NCBI GenBank assembly: GCA_964247055.1 | Contig: OZ176060.1 | Span: 1 to 64,000, forward strand | Source of the DNA: Paragordius varius | Taxonomy: Eukaryota > Animalia > Nematomorpha | Direction: 5' to 3' | Length of the DNA stretch: 64,000 nt | Part shown: positions 28,127 to 43,168 of the stretch, piece after piece | How the letters are laid out: the number at the start of each line of letters is the position of its first letter | Numbering within the stretch: position 1 is the first letter of the stretch | Position numbers and translations under genes: made by a program | The notes under the pieces: model-generated | The model's input: the letters and a program-made list of their open reading frames with translations, nothing else | What the model was told of the DNA's origin: nothing | Databases searched by the model: none

Positions 28127-31100
28127 TTGATACTTGCTCGTCGCATTATTGATTATTTGGTTATATTTTGGATTCAACAATCTACCGTAAATAATGTAAT
28201 GTTTAACCTTGCTCGTCGCATTATTGATTATTTGGTTATTTGGATTCAACAATCTACCGTAAATAATGCAATGTTTAACACAATGAATTTAATAAAAAAC
28301 GTTTTAATTTGGTTTATGATTCTTATTTGATTGTTGGGTCTATATGCAGGATTTTGAATATAATTTTACAACAAAAAACATTGGTCTTTTATTTGAGCTT
28401 CAATACAAATTGATACTTGCTCGTCGCATTATTGATTATTTGGTTATATTTTGGATTTAACAATCTACCGTAAATAATGCAATGTACAATGAATTTAATA
28501 AAATACGTTTTAATTTGGTTTATGATTCTTATTTGATTGTTGGGTCTATATGCAGGATTTTGAATATAATTTTACAACTAAAAAGATTGGTCTTTTATTT
28601 AAGCTTCAATACGTATTCATCCTAAATTGATACTTGCTCGTCGCATTATTGATTATTTGGTTATATTTTGGATTCAACAATCTACCGTAAATAATGCAAT
28701 GTACAATGAATTTAATAAAATACGTGTTAATTTGGTTTATGATTCTCATTTGATTGTTGGGTCTATATGCAGGATTTTGAATATAATTTTACAACTAAAA
28801 ACATTGGTCTTTTATTTGAGCGTCAATACGTATTCATCCTAAATTGATACTTGCTCGTCGCATTATTGATTATTTGGTTATTTGGATTCAACAATCTACC
28901 GTAAATAATGCAATGTTTAACACAATGGATTTAATAAAAAACGTTTTAATTTGGTTTATGATTCTTATTTGATTGTTGGTATATGCAGGATTTTGAATAT
29001 AATTTTACAACTAAAAACATTGGTCTTTTATTTGAGCTTCAATACGTATTCATCCGAAATTGATACTTGCTCGTCGCATTATTGATTATTTGGTTATATT
29101 TTGGATTCAACAATCTACCGTAAATAATGCAATGTACAATGAATTTAATAAAATACGTTTTAATTTGGTTTATGATTCTTATTTGATTGTTGGTATATGC
29201 AGGATTTTGAATATAATTTTACAACTAAAAACATTGGTCTTTTATTTGAGCTTCAATACGTATTCATCCTAAATTGATACTTGCTCGTCGCATTATTGAT
29301 TATTTGGTTATATTTTGGATTTAACAATCTACCGTAAATAATGCAATGTACAATGAATTTAATAAAATACGTTTTAATTTGGTTTATGATTCTTATTTGA
29401 TTGTTGGGTCTATATGCAGGATTTTGAATATAATTTTACAACTAAAAACATTGGTCTTTTATTTGAGCTTCAATACGTATTCATCCGAAATTGATACTTG
29501 CTCGTCGCATTATTGATTATTTGGTTATATTTTGGATTTAACAATCTACCGTAAATAATGCAATGTACAATGAATTTAATAAAATACGTTTTAATTTGGT
29601 TTATGATTCTTATTTGATTGTTGGGTCTATATGCAGGATTTTGAATATAATTTTACAACTAAAAAGATTGGTCTTTTATTTGAGCTTCAATACGTATTCA
29701 TCCTAAATTGATACTTGCTCGTCGCATTATTGATTATTTGGTTATATTTTGGATTGAACAATCTACCGTAAATAATGCAATGTACAATGAATTTAATAAA
29801 ATACGTTTTAATTTGGTTTATGATTCTTATTTGATTGTTGGGTCTATATGCAGGATTTTGAATATAATTTTACAACTAAAAAGATTGGTCTTTATTTGAG
29901 CTTCAATACGTATTCATCCTAAATTGATACTTGCTCGTCGCATTATTGATTATTTGGTTATTTGGATTCAACAATCTACCGTAAATAATGCAATGTTTAA
30001 CACAATGGATTTAATAAAAAACGTTTTAATTTGGTTTATGATTCTTATTTGATTGTTGGTATATGCAGGATTTTGAATATAATTTTACAACTAAAAACAT
30101 TGGTCTTTTATTTGAGCTTCAATACGTATTCATCCGAAATTGATACTTGCTCGTCGCATTATTGATTATTTGGTTATATTTTGGATTTAACAATCTACCG
30201 TAAATAATGCAATGTACAATGAATTTAATAAAATACGTTTTAATTTGGTTTATGATTCTTATTTGATTGTTGGGTCTATATGCAGGATTTTGAATATAAT
30301 TTTACAACTAAAAAGATTGGTCTTTTATTTGAGCTTCAATACGTATTCATCCTAAATTGATACTTGCTCGTCCCATTATTGATTATTTGGTTATATTTTG
30401 GATTGAACAATCTACCGTAAATAATGCAATGTACAATGAATTTAATAAAATACGTTTTAATTTGGTTTATGATTCTTATTTGATTGTTGGGTCTATATGC
30501 AGGATTTTGAATCTAATTTTACAACTAAAAAGATTGGTCTTTTATTTGAGCTTCAATACGTATTCATCCGAAATTGATACTTGCTCGTCGCATTATTGAT
30601 TATTTGGTTATATTTTGGATTTAACAATCTACCGTAAATAATGCAATGTACAATGAATTTAATAAAATACGTTTTAATTTGGTTTATGATTCTTATTTGA
30701 TTGTTGGGTCTATATGCAGGATTTTGAATATAATTTTACAACTAAAAAGATTGGTCTTTTATTTGAGCTTCAATACGTATTCATCCTAAATTGATACTTG
30801 CTCGTCGCATTATTGATTATTTGGTTATATTTTGGATTGAACAATCTACCGTAAATAATGCAATGTACAATGAATTTAATAAAATACGTTTTAATTTGGT
30901 TTATGATTCTTATTTGATTGTTGGGTCTATATGCAGGATTTTGAATATAATTTTACAACTAAAAAGATTGGTCTTTTATTTGAGCTTCAATACGTATTCA
31001 TCCTAAATTGATACTTGCTCGTCGCATTATTGATTATTTGGTTATTTGGATTCAACAATCTACCGTAAATAATGCAATGTACAATGAATTTAATAAAATA

Positions 31101-33600
31101 CGTTTTAATTTGGTTTATGATTCTTATTTGATTGTTGGGTCTATATGCAGGATTTTGAATATAATTTTACAACTAAAAACATTGGTCTTTTATTTGAGCT
31201 TCAATACGTATTCATTCTAAATTGATACTTGCTCGTCGCATTATTGATTATTTGGTTATATTTTGGATTCAACAATCTACCGTAAATAATGCAATGTACA
31301 ATGAATTTAATAAAATACGTTTTAATTTGGTTTATGATTCTTATTTGATTGTTGGGTCTATATGCAGGATTTTGAATATAATTTTACAACTAAAAACATT
31401 GGTCTTTTATTTGAGCGTCAATACGTATTCATCCTAAATTGATACTTGCTCGTCGCATTATTGATTATTTGGTTATTTGGATTCAACAATCTACCGTAAA
31501 TAATGCAATGTTTAACACAATGGATTTAATAAAAAACGTTTTAATTTGGTTTATGATTCTTATTTGATTGTTGGTATATGCAGGATTTTGAATATAGTTT
31601 TACAACTAAAAAGATTGGTCTTTTATTTGAGCTTCAATACGTATTCATCCTAAATTGATACTTGCTCGTCGCATTATTGATTATTTGGTTATATTTTGGA
31701 TTGAACAATCTACCGTAAATAATGCAATGAACACAATGAATTTAATAAAAAACGTTTTAATTTGGTTTATGATTCTTATTTGATTGTTGGTATATGCAGG
31801 ATTTTGAATATAGTTTTACAACTAAAAAGATTGGTCTTTTATTTGAGCTTCAATACGTATTCATCCTAAATTGATACTTGCTCGTCGCATTATTGATTAT
31901 TTGGTTATTTGGATTCAACAATCTACCGTAAATAATGCAATGTACAATGAATTTAATAAAATACGTTTTAATTTGGTTTATGATTCTTATTTGATTGTTG
32001 GGTCTATATGCAGGATTTTGAATATAATTTTACAACTAAAAAGATTGGTCTTTTATTTGAGCTTCAATACGTATTCATCCTAAATTGATACTTGCTCGTC
32101 GCATTATTGATTATTTGGTTATATTTTGGATTGAACAATCTACCGTAAATAATGCAATGAACACAATGAATTTAATAAAAAACGTTTTAATTTGGTTTAT
32201 GATTCTTATTTGATTGTTGGTATATGCAGGATTTTGAATATAGTTTTACAACTAAAAAGATTGGTCTTTTATTTGAGCTTCAATACGTATTCATCCTAAA
32301 TTGATACTTGCTCGTCGCATTATTGATTATTTGGTTATATTTTGGATTGAACAATCTACCGTAAATAATGCAATGTACAATGAATTTAATAAAATACGTT
32401 TTAATTTGGTTTATGATTCTTATTTGATTGTTGGGTCTATATGCAGGATTTTGAATATAATTTTACAACTAAAAAGATTGGTCTTTTATTTGAGCTTCAA
32501 TACGTATTCATCCTAAATTGATACTTGCTCGTCGCATTATTGATTATTTGGTTATTTGGATTCAACAATCTACCGTAAATAATGCAATGTACAATGAATT
32601 TAATAAAATACGTTTTAATTTGGTTTATGATTCTTATTTGATTGTTGGGTCTATATGCAGGATTTTGAATATAATTTTACAACTAAAAACATTGGTCTTT
32701 TATTTAAGCTTCAATACGTATTCATCCTAAATTGATACTTGCTCGTCGCATTATTGATTATTTGGTTATTTGGATTCAACAATCTACCGTAAATAATGCA
32801 ATGTTTAACACAATGAATTTAATAAAATACGTTTAAATTTGGTTAATGATTCTTATTTGATTGTTGGGTCTATATGAAGGATTTTGAATATAATTTTACA
32901 ACAAAAAACATTGGTCTTTTATTTAAGCTTCAATACGTATTCATCCTAAATTGATACTTGCTCGTCGCATTATTGATTATTTGGTTATTTGGATTCAACA
33001 ATCTACCGTAAATAATGCAATGTTTAACACAATGAATTTAATAAAATACGTTTAAATTTGGTTAATGATTCTTATTTGATTGTTGGGTCTATATGCAGGA
33101 TTTTGAATATAATTTTACAACTAAAAAGATTGGTCTTTTATTTGAACTTCAATACGTATTCATCCTAAATTGATACTTGCTCGTCGCATTATTGATTATT
33201 TGGTTATATTTTGGATTCAACAATCTACCGTAAATAATGCAATGTACAATGAATTTAATAAAATACGTTTTAATTTGGTTTATGATTCTTATTTGATTGT
33301 TGGTATATGCAGGATTTTGAATATAATTTTACAACTAAAAACATTGGTCTTTTATTTGAGCTTCAATACGTATTCATCCTAAATTGATACTTGCTCGTCG
33401 CATTATTGATTATTTGGTTATATTTTGGATTTAACAATCTACCGTAAATAATGCAATGTACAATGAATTTAATAAAATACGTTTTAATTTGGTTTATGAT
33501 TCTTATTTGATTGTTGGGTCTATATGCAGGATTTTGAATATAATTTTACAACTAAAAACATTGGTCTTTTATTTAAGCTTCAATACGTATTCATCCTAAA

Positions 33601-33836
33601 TTGATACTTGCTCGTCGCATTATTGTGTGTTAAAAAATCGATATTAAAAGTATTTTTGGATTCAACAATCTACCGTAAATAATGCAATGTTTAACAGAAT
33701 GAATTAAATTAAATACGTTTTAATTTGGTTAATGATTCTTATTTGATTGTTGGGTCTATATGCAGGATTTTGAATATAATTTTACAACTAAAAACATTGG
33801 TCTTTTATTTGAGCTTCAATACGTATTCATCCTAAA
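33601..33836 (+). repeat. 236-bp long monomer carrying the 28-nt allele TGTGTTAAAAAATCGATATTAAAAGTAT (first of 14 copies)
   Basis: The 28 nt at 33626-33653 replace the 14-nt ATTATTTGGTTATA. The next monomer starts at 33837 (222+14). Confidence 0.9.
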
Positions 33837-36109
33837 TTGATACTTGCTCGTCGCATTATTGATTATTTGGTTATATTTTGGATTTAACAATCTACCGTAA
33901 ATAATGCAATGTACAATGAATTTAATAAAATACGTTTTAATTTGGTTTATGATTCTTATTTGATTGTTGGGTCTATATGCAGGATTTTGAATATAATTTT
34001 ACAACTAAAAACATTGGTCTTTTATTTGAGCTTCAATACGTATTCATCCTAAATTGATACTTGCTCGTCGCATTATTGATTATTTGGTTATATTTTGGAT
34101 TCAACAATCTACCGTAAATAATGCAATGTTTAACACAATGAATTTAATAAAATACGTTTAAATTTGGTTAATGATTCTTATTTGATTGTTGGGTCTATAT
34201 GCAGGATTTTGAATATAATTTTACAACTAAAAACATTGGTCTTTTATTTGAGCTTCAATACGTATTCATCCTAAATTGATACTTGCTCGTCGCATTATTG
34301 ATTATTTGGTTATTTGGATTCAACAATCTACCGTAAATAATGCAATGTTTAACACAATGAATTTAATAAAAAACGTTTTAATTTGGTTTATGATTATTAT
34401 TTGATTGTTAGGTCTATATGCAGGATTTTGAATATAATTTTACAACTAAAAACATTGGTCTTTTATTTGAGCTTCAATACGTATTCATCCTAAATTGATA
34501 CTTGCTCGTCGCATTATTGATTATTTGGTTATTTGGATTCAACAATCTACCGTAAATAATGCAATGTTTAACACAATGAATTTAATAAAATACGTTTAAA
34601 TTTGGTTAATGATTATTATTTGATTGTTGGGTCTATATGCAGGATTTTGAATATAATTTTACAACTAAAAACATTGGTCTTTTATTTGAGCTTCAATACG
34701 TATTCATCCTAAATTGATACTTGCTCGTCGCATTATTGATTATTTGGTTATATTTTGGATTCAACAATCTACCGTAAATAATGCAATGTTTAACACAATG
34801 AATTTAATAAAAAACGTTTTAATTTGGTTTATGATTATTATTTGATTGTTAGGTCTATATGCAGGATTTTGAATATAATTTTACAACTAAAAAGATTGGT
34901 CTTTTATTTGAGCTTCAATACGTATTCATCCTAAATTGATACTTGCTCGTCGCATTATTGATTATTTGGTTATATTTTGGATTGAACAATCTACCGTAAA
35001 TAATGCAATGAACACAATGAATTTAATAAAAAACGTTTTAATTTGGTTTATGATTCTTATTTGATTGTTGGTATATGCAGGATTTTGAATATAATTTTAC
35101 AACTAAAAACATTGGTCTTTTATTTGAGCTTCAATACGTATTCATCCTAAATTGATACTTGCTCGTCGCATTATTGTGTGTTAAAAAATCGATATTAAAA
35201 GTATTTTTGGATTCAACAATCTACCGTAAATAATGCAATGTTTAACACAATGAATTTAATTAAATACGTTTTAATTTGGTTTATGATTCTTATTTGATTG
35301 TTGGGTCTATATGCAGGATTTTGAATATAATTTTACAACTAAAAACATTGGTTTTATTTGAGCTTCAATACGTATTCATCCTAAATTGATACTTGCTCGT
35401 CGCATTATTGATTATTTGGTTATATTTTGGATTTAACAATCTACCGTAAATAATGCAATGTACAATGAATTTAATAAAATACGTTTTAATTTGGTTTATG
35501 ATTCTTATTTGATTGTTGGGTCTATATGCAGGATTTTGAATATAATTTTACAACTAAAAAGATTGGTCTTTTATTTGAGCTTCAATACGTATTCATCCTA
35601 AATTGATACTTGCTCGTCGCATTATTGATTATTTGGTTATATTTTGGATTGAACAATCTACCGTAAATAATGCAATGAACACAATGAATTTAATAAAAAA
35701 CGTTTTAATTTGGTTTATGATTCTTATTTGATTGTTGCTATATGCAGGATTTTGAATATAATTTTACAACTAAAAACATTGGTCTTTTATTTGAGCTTCA
35801 ATACGTATTCATCCTAAATTGATACTTGCTCGTCGCATTATTGATTTGGTTATATTTTGGATTCAACAATCTACCGTAAATAATGCAATGTTTAACACAA
35901 TGAATTTAATAAAATACGTTTAAATTTGGTTAATTCTTATTTGATTGTTGGGTCTATATGCAGGATTTTGAATATAATTTTACAACTAAAAAGATTGGTC
36001 TTTTATTTGAGCTTCAATACGTATTCATCCTAAATTGATACTTGCTCGTCGCATTATTGATTATTTGGTTATATTTTGGATTGAACAATCGTAAATAATG
36101 CAATGAACA

Positions 36110-39100
36110 CAATGAATTTAATAAAAAACGTTTTAATTTGGTTTATGATTCTTATTTGATTGTTGGTATATGCAGGATTTTGAATATAATTTTACAACTA
36201 AAAACATTGGTCTTTTATTTGAGCTTCAATACGTATTCTACTTGCTCGTCGCATTATTGATTATTTGGTTATATTTTGGATTCAACAATCTACCGTAAAT
36301 AATGCAATGAACACAATGAATTTAATAAAAAACGTTTTAATTTGGTTTATGATTCTTATTTGATTGTTGGTATATGCAGGATTTTGAATATAATTTTACA
36401 ACTAAAAACATTGGTCTTTTATTTGAGCTTCAATACGTATTCATCCTAAATTGATACTTGCTCGTCGCATTATTGATTATTTGGTTATATTTTGGATTCA
36501 ACAATCTACCGTAAATAATGCAATGTACAATGAATTTAATAAAATACGTTTTAATTTGGTTTATGATTCTTATTTGATTGTTGGGTCTATATGCAGGATT
36601 TTGAATATAATTTTACAACTAAAAACATTGGTCTTTTATTTGAGCTTCAATACGTATTCATCCTAAATTGATACTTGCTCGTCGCATTATTGATTATTTG
36701 GTTATATTTTGGATTTAACAATCTACCGTAAATAATGCAATGTACAATGAATTTAATAAAATACGTTTTAATTTGGTTTATGATTCTTATTTGATTGTTG
36801 GGTCTATATGCAGGATTTTGAATATAATTTTACAACTAAAAACATTGGTCTTTTATTTGAGCTTCAATACGTATTCATCCTAAATTGATACTTGCTCGTC
36901 GCATTATTGATTATTTGGTTATATTTTGGATTTAACAATCTACCGTAAATAATGCAATGTACAATGAATTTAATAAAATACGTTTTAATTTGGTTTATGA
37001 TTCTTATTTGATTGTTGGGTCTATATGCAGGATTTTGAATATAATTTTACAACTAAAAACATTGGTCTTTTATTTGAGCTTCAATACGTATTCATCCTAA
37101 ATTGATACTTGCTCGTCGCATTATTGATTATTTGGTTATATTTTGGATTCAACAATCTACCGTAAATAATGCAATGAACACAATGAATTTAATAAAAAAC
37201 GTTTTAATTTGGTTTATGATTCTTATTTGATTGTTGGTATATGCAGGATTTTGAATATAATTTTACAACTAAAAACATTGGTCTTTTATTTGAGCTTCAA
37301 TACGTATTCATCCTAAATTGATACTTGCTCGTCGCATTATTGATTATTTGGTTATATTTTGGATTCAACAATCTACCGTAAATAATGCAATGTACAATGA
37401 ATTTAATAAAATACGTTTTAATTTGGTTTATGATTCTTATTTGATTGTTGGTATATGCAGGATTTTGAATATAATTTTACAACTAAAAACATTGGTCTTT
37501 TATTTGAGCTTCAATACGTATTCATCCTAAATTGATACTTGCTCGTCGCATTATTGATTATTTGGTTATATTTTGGATTCAACAATCTACCGTAAATAAT
37601 GCAATGTACAATGAATTTAATAAAATACGTTTTAATTTGGTTTATGATTCTTATTTGATTGTTGGTATATGCAGGATTTTGAATATAATTTTACAACTAA
37701 AAACATTGGTCTTTTATTTGAGCTTCAATACGTATTCATCCTAAATTGATACTTGCTCGTCGCATTATTGATTATTTGGTTATATTTTGGATTCAACAAT
37801 CTACCGTAAATAATGCAATGTACAATGAATAATAAAATACGTTTTAATTTGGTTTATGATTCTTATTTGATTGTTGGGTCTATATGAAGGATTTTGAATA
37901 TAATTTTACAACAAAAAACATTGGTCTTTTATTTGAGCGTCAATACGTATTCATCCTAAATTGATACTTGCTCGTCGCATTATTGATTATTTGGTTATTT
38001 GGATTCAACAATCTACCGTAAATAATGCAATGTTTAACACAATGAATTTAATAAAATACGTTTAAATTTGGTTAATGATTCTTATTTGATTGTTGGGTCT
38101 ATATGAAGGATTTTGAATATAATTTTACAACAAAAAACATTGGTCTTTTATTTGAGCGTCAATACGTATTCATCCTAAATTGATACTTGCTCGTCGCATT
38201 ATTGATTATTTGGTTATATTTTGGATTTAACAATCTACCGTAAATAATGCAATGTTTAACACAATGGATTTAATAAAAAACGTTTTAATTTGGTTTATGA
38301 TTCTTATTTGATTGTTGGTATATGCAGGATTTTGAATATAATTTTACAACTAAAAAGATTGGTCTTTTATTTGAGCTTCAATACGTATTCATCCTAAATT
38401 GATACTTGCTCGTCGCATTATTGATTATTTGGTTATTTGGATTCAACAATCTACCGTAAATAATGCAATGTTTAACACAATGAATTTAATTAAATACGTT
38501 TTAATTTGGTTAATGATTCTTATTTGATTGTTGGGTCTATATGCAGGATTTTGAATATAATTTTACAACTAAAAACATTGGTCTTTTATTTGAGCTTCAA
38601 TACGTATTCATCCTAAATTGATACTTGCTCGTCGCATTATTGATTATTTGGTTATATTTTGGATTTAACAATCTACCGTAAATAATGCAATGTTTAACAC
38701 AATGAATTTAATAAAAAACGTTTTAATTTGGTTTATGATTATTATTTGATTGTTAGGTCTATATGCAGGATTTTGAATATAATTTTACAACTAAAAACAT
38801 TGGTCTTTTATTTGAGCTTCAATACGTATTCATCCTAAATTGATACTTGCTCGTCGCATTATTGATTATTTGGTTATATTTTGGATTCAACAATCTACCG
38901 TAAATAATGCAATGTTTAACACAATGAATTTAATAAAAAACGTTTTAATTTGGTTTATGATTCTTATTTGATTGTTGGTATATGCAGGATTTTGAATATA
39001 ATTTTACAACTAAAAACATTGGTCTTTTATTTGAGCTTCAATACGTATTCTACTTGCTCGTCGCATTATTGATTATTTGGTTATATTTTGGATTCAACAA

Positions 39101-42100
39101 TCTACCGTAAATAATGCAATGAACACAATGAATTTAATAAAAAACGTTTTAATTTGGTTTATGATTCTTATTTGATTGTTGGTATATGCAGGATTTTGAA
39201 TATAATTTTACAACTAAAAACATTGGTCTTTTATTTGAGCTTCAATACGTATTCATCCTAAATTGATACTTGCTCGTCGCATTATTGATTATTTGGTTAT
39301 ATTTTGGATTCAACAATCTACCGTAAATAATGCAATGTACAATGAATTTAATAAAATACGTTTTAATTTGGTTTATGATTCTTATTTGATTGTTGGGTCT
39401 ATATGCAGGATTTTGAATATAATTTTACAACTAAAAACATTGGTCTTTTATTTGAGCTTCAATACGTATTCATCCTAAATTGATACTTGCTCGTCGCATT
39501 ATTGATTATTTGGTTATATTTTGGATTTAACAATCTACCGTAAATAATGCAATGTACAATGAATTTAATAAAATACGTTTTAATTTGGTTTATGATTCTT
39601 ATTTGATTGTTGGGTCTATATGCAGGATTTTGAATATAATTTTACAACTAAAAACATTGGTCTTTTATTTGAGCTTCAATACGTATTCATCCTAAATTGA
39701 TACTTGCTCGTCGCATTATTGATTATTTGGTTATATTTTGGATTTAACAATCTACCGTAAATAATGCAATGTACAATGAATTTAATAAAATACGTTTTAA
39801 TTTGGTTTATGATTCTTATTTGATTGTTGGGTCTATATGCAGGATTTTGAATATAATTTTACAACTAAAAACATTGGTCTTTTATTTGAGCTTCAATACG
39901 TATTCATCCTAAATTGATACTTGCTCGTCGCATTATTGATTATTTGGTTATATTTTGGATTCAACAATCTACCGTAAATAATGCAATGAACACAATGAAT
40001 TTAATAAAAAACGTTTTAATTTGGTTTATGATTCTTATTTGATTGTTGGTATATGCAGGATTTTGAATATAATTTTACAACTAAAAACATTGGTCTTTTA
40101 TTTGAGCTTCAATACGTATTCATCCTAAATTGATACTTGCTCGTTGCATTATTGATTATTTGGTTATATTTTGGATTCAACAATCTACCGTAAATAATGC
40201 AATGTACAATGAATTTAATAAAATACGTTTTAATTTGGTTTATGATTCTTATTTGATTGTTGGTATATGCAGGATTTTGAATATAATTTTACAACTAAAA
40301 ACATTGGTCTTTTATTTGAGCTTCAATACGTATTCATCCTAAATTGATACTTGCTCGTCGCATTATTGATTATTTGGTTATATTTTGGATTCAACAATCT
40401 ACCGTAAATAATGCAATGTACAATGAATTTAATAAAATACGTTTTAATTTGGTTTATGATTCTTATTTGATTGTTGGTATATGCAGGATTTTGAATATAA
40501 TTTTACAACTAAAAACATTGGTCTTTTATTTGAGCTTCAATACGTATTCATCCTAAATTGATACTTGCTCGTCGCATTATTGATTATTTGGTTATATTTT
40601 GGATTCAACAATCTACCGTAAATAATGCAATGTACAATGAATAATAAAATACGTTTTAATTTGGTTTATGATTCTTATTTGATTGTTGGGTCTATATGAA
40701 GGATTTTGAATATAATTTTACAACAAAAAACATTGGTCTTTTATTTGAGCGTCAATACGTATTCATCCTAAATTGATACTTGCTCGTCGCATTATTGATT
40801 ATTTGGTTATATTTTGGATTTAACAATCTACCGTAAATAATGCAATGTTTAACACAATGGATTTAATAAAAAACGTTTTAATTTGGTTTATGATTCTTAT
40901 TTGATTGTTGGTATATGCAGGATTTTGAATATAATTTTACAACTAAAAAGATTGGTCTTTTATTTGAGCTTCAATACGTATTCATCCTAAATTGATACTT
41001 GCTCGTCGCATTATTGATTATTTGGTTATTTGGATTCAACAATCTACCGTAAATAATGCAATGTTTAACACAATGAATTTAATTAAATACGTTTTAATTT
41101 GGTTAATGATTCTTATTTGATTGTTGGGTCTATATGCAGGATTTTGAATATAATTTTACAACTAAAAACATTGGTCTTTTATTTGAGCTTCAATACGTAT
41201 TCATCCTAAATTGATACTTGCTCGTCGCATTATTGATTATTTGGTTATATTTTGGATTTAACAATCTACCGTAAATAATGCAATGTTTAACACAATGAAT
41301 TTAATAAAAAACGTTTTAATTTGGTTTATGATTATTATTTGATTGTTAGGTCTATATGCAGGATTTTGAATATAATTTTACAACTAAAAACATTGGTCTT
41401 TTATTTGAGCTTCAATACGTATTCATCCTAAATTGATACTTGCTCGTCGCATTATTGATTATTTGGTTATATTTTGGATTTAACAATCTACCGTAAATAA
41501 TGCAATGTACAATGAATTTAATAAAATACGTTTTAATTTGGTTTATGATTCTTATTTGATTGTTGGGTCTATATGCAGGATTTTGAATATAATTTTACAA
41601 CTAAAAACATTGGTCTTTTATTTGAGCTTCAATACGTATTCATCCTAAATTGATACTTGCTCGTCGCATTATTGATTATTTGGTTATATTTTGGATTCAA
41701 CAATCTACCGTAAATAATGCAATGAACACAATGAATTTAATAAAAAACGTTTTAATTTGGTTTATGATTCTTATTTGATTGTTGGTATATGCAGGATTTT
41801 GAATATAATTTTACAACTAAAAACATTGGTCTTTTATTTGAGCTTCAATACGTATTCATCCTAAATTGATACTTGCTCGTCGCATTATTGATTATTTGGT
41901 TATATTTTGGATTCAACAATCTACCGTAAATAATGCAATGTACAATGAATTTAATAAAATACGTTTTAATTTGGTTTATGATTCTTATTTGATTGTTGGT
42001 ATATGCAGGATTTTGAATATAATTTTACAACTAAAAACATTGGTCTTTTATTTGAGCTTCAATACGTATTCATCCTAAATTGATACTTGCTCGTCGCATT

Positions 42101-43168
42101 ATTGATTATTTGGTTATATTTTGGATTCAACAATCTACCGTAAATAATGCAATGTACAATGAATTTAATAAAATACGTTTTAATTTGGTTTATGATTCTT
42201 ATTTGATTGTTGGTATATGCAGGATTTTGAATATAATTTTACAACTAAAAACATTGGTCTTTTATTTGAGCTTCAATACGTATTCATCCTAAATTGATAC
42301 TTGCTCGTCGCATTATTGATTATTTGGTTATATTTTGGATTCAACAATCTACCGTAAATAATGCAATGTACAATGAATAATAAAATACGTTTTAATTTGG
42401 TTTATGATTCTTATTTGATTGTTGGGTCTATATGAAGGATTTTGAATATAATTTTACAACAAAAAACATTGGTCTTTTATTTGAGCGTCAATACGTATTC
42501 ATCCTAAATTGATACTTGCTCGTCGCATTATTGATTATTTGGTTATATTTTGGATTTAACAATCTACCGTAAATAATGCAATGTTTAACACAATGGATTT
42601 AATAAAAAACGTTTTAATTTGGTTTATGATTCTTATTTGATTGTTGGTATATGCAGGATTTTGAATATAATTTTACAACTAAAAAGATTGGTCTTTTATT
42701 TGAGCTTCAATACGTATTCATCCTAAATTGATACTTGCTCGTCGCATTATTGATTATTTGGTTATTTGGATTCAACAATCTACCGTAAATAATGCAATGT
42801 TTAACACAATGAATTTAATTAAATACGTTTTAATTTGGTTAATGATTCTTATTTGATTGTTGGGTCTATATGCAGGATTTAGAATATAATTTTACAACTA
42901 AAAACATTGGTCTTTTATTTGAGCTTCAATACGTATTCATCCTAAATTGATACTTGCTCGTCGCATTATTGATTATTTGGTTATATTTTGGATTTAACAA
43001 TCTACCGTAAATAATGCAATGTTTAACACAATGAATTTAATAAAAAACGTTTTAATTTGGTTTATGATTATTATTTGATTGTTAGGTCTATATGCAGGAT
43101 TTTGAATATAATTTTACAACTAAAAACATTGGTCTTTTATTTGAGCTTCAATACGTATTCATCCTAAA
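36110..43168. repeat. Overlapping tandem duplications with periods 2812 and 1736 bp
   Basis: Offset 2812: 36238/39050, 36451/39263 and 37318/40130. Offset 1736: 39697/41433, 40130/41866 and 40344/42080. Confidence 0.85.

Noticed and set aside
35177-35249. 9-bp inverted repeat TGTGTTAAA / TTTAACACA, suggesting the 28-nt allele is a fold-back inversion
   Set aside because: A 9-bp inverted match is expected by chance in about 236 bp of 74% AT sequence. The allele is better explained by its homology to the second insert at 60772.
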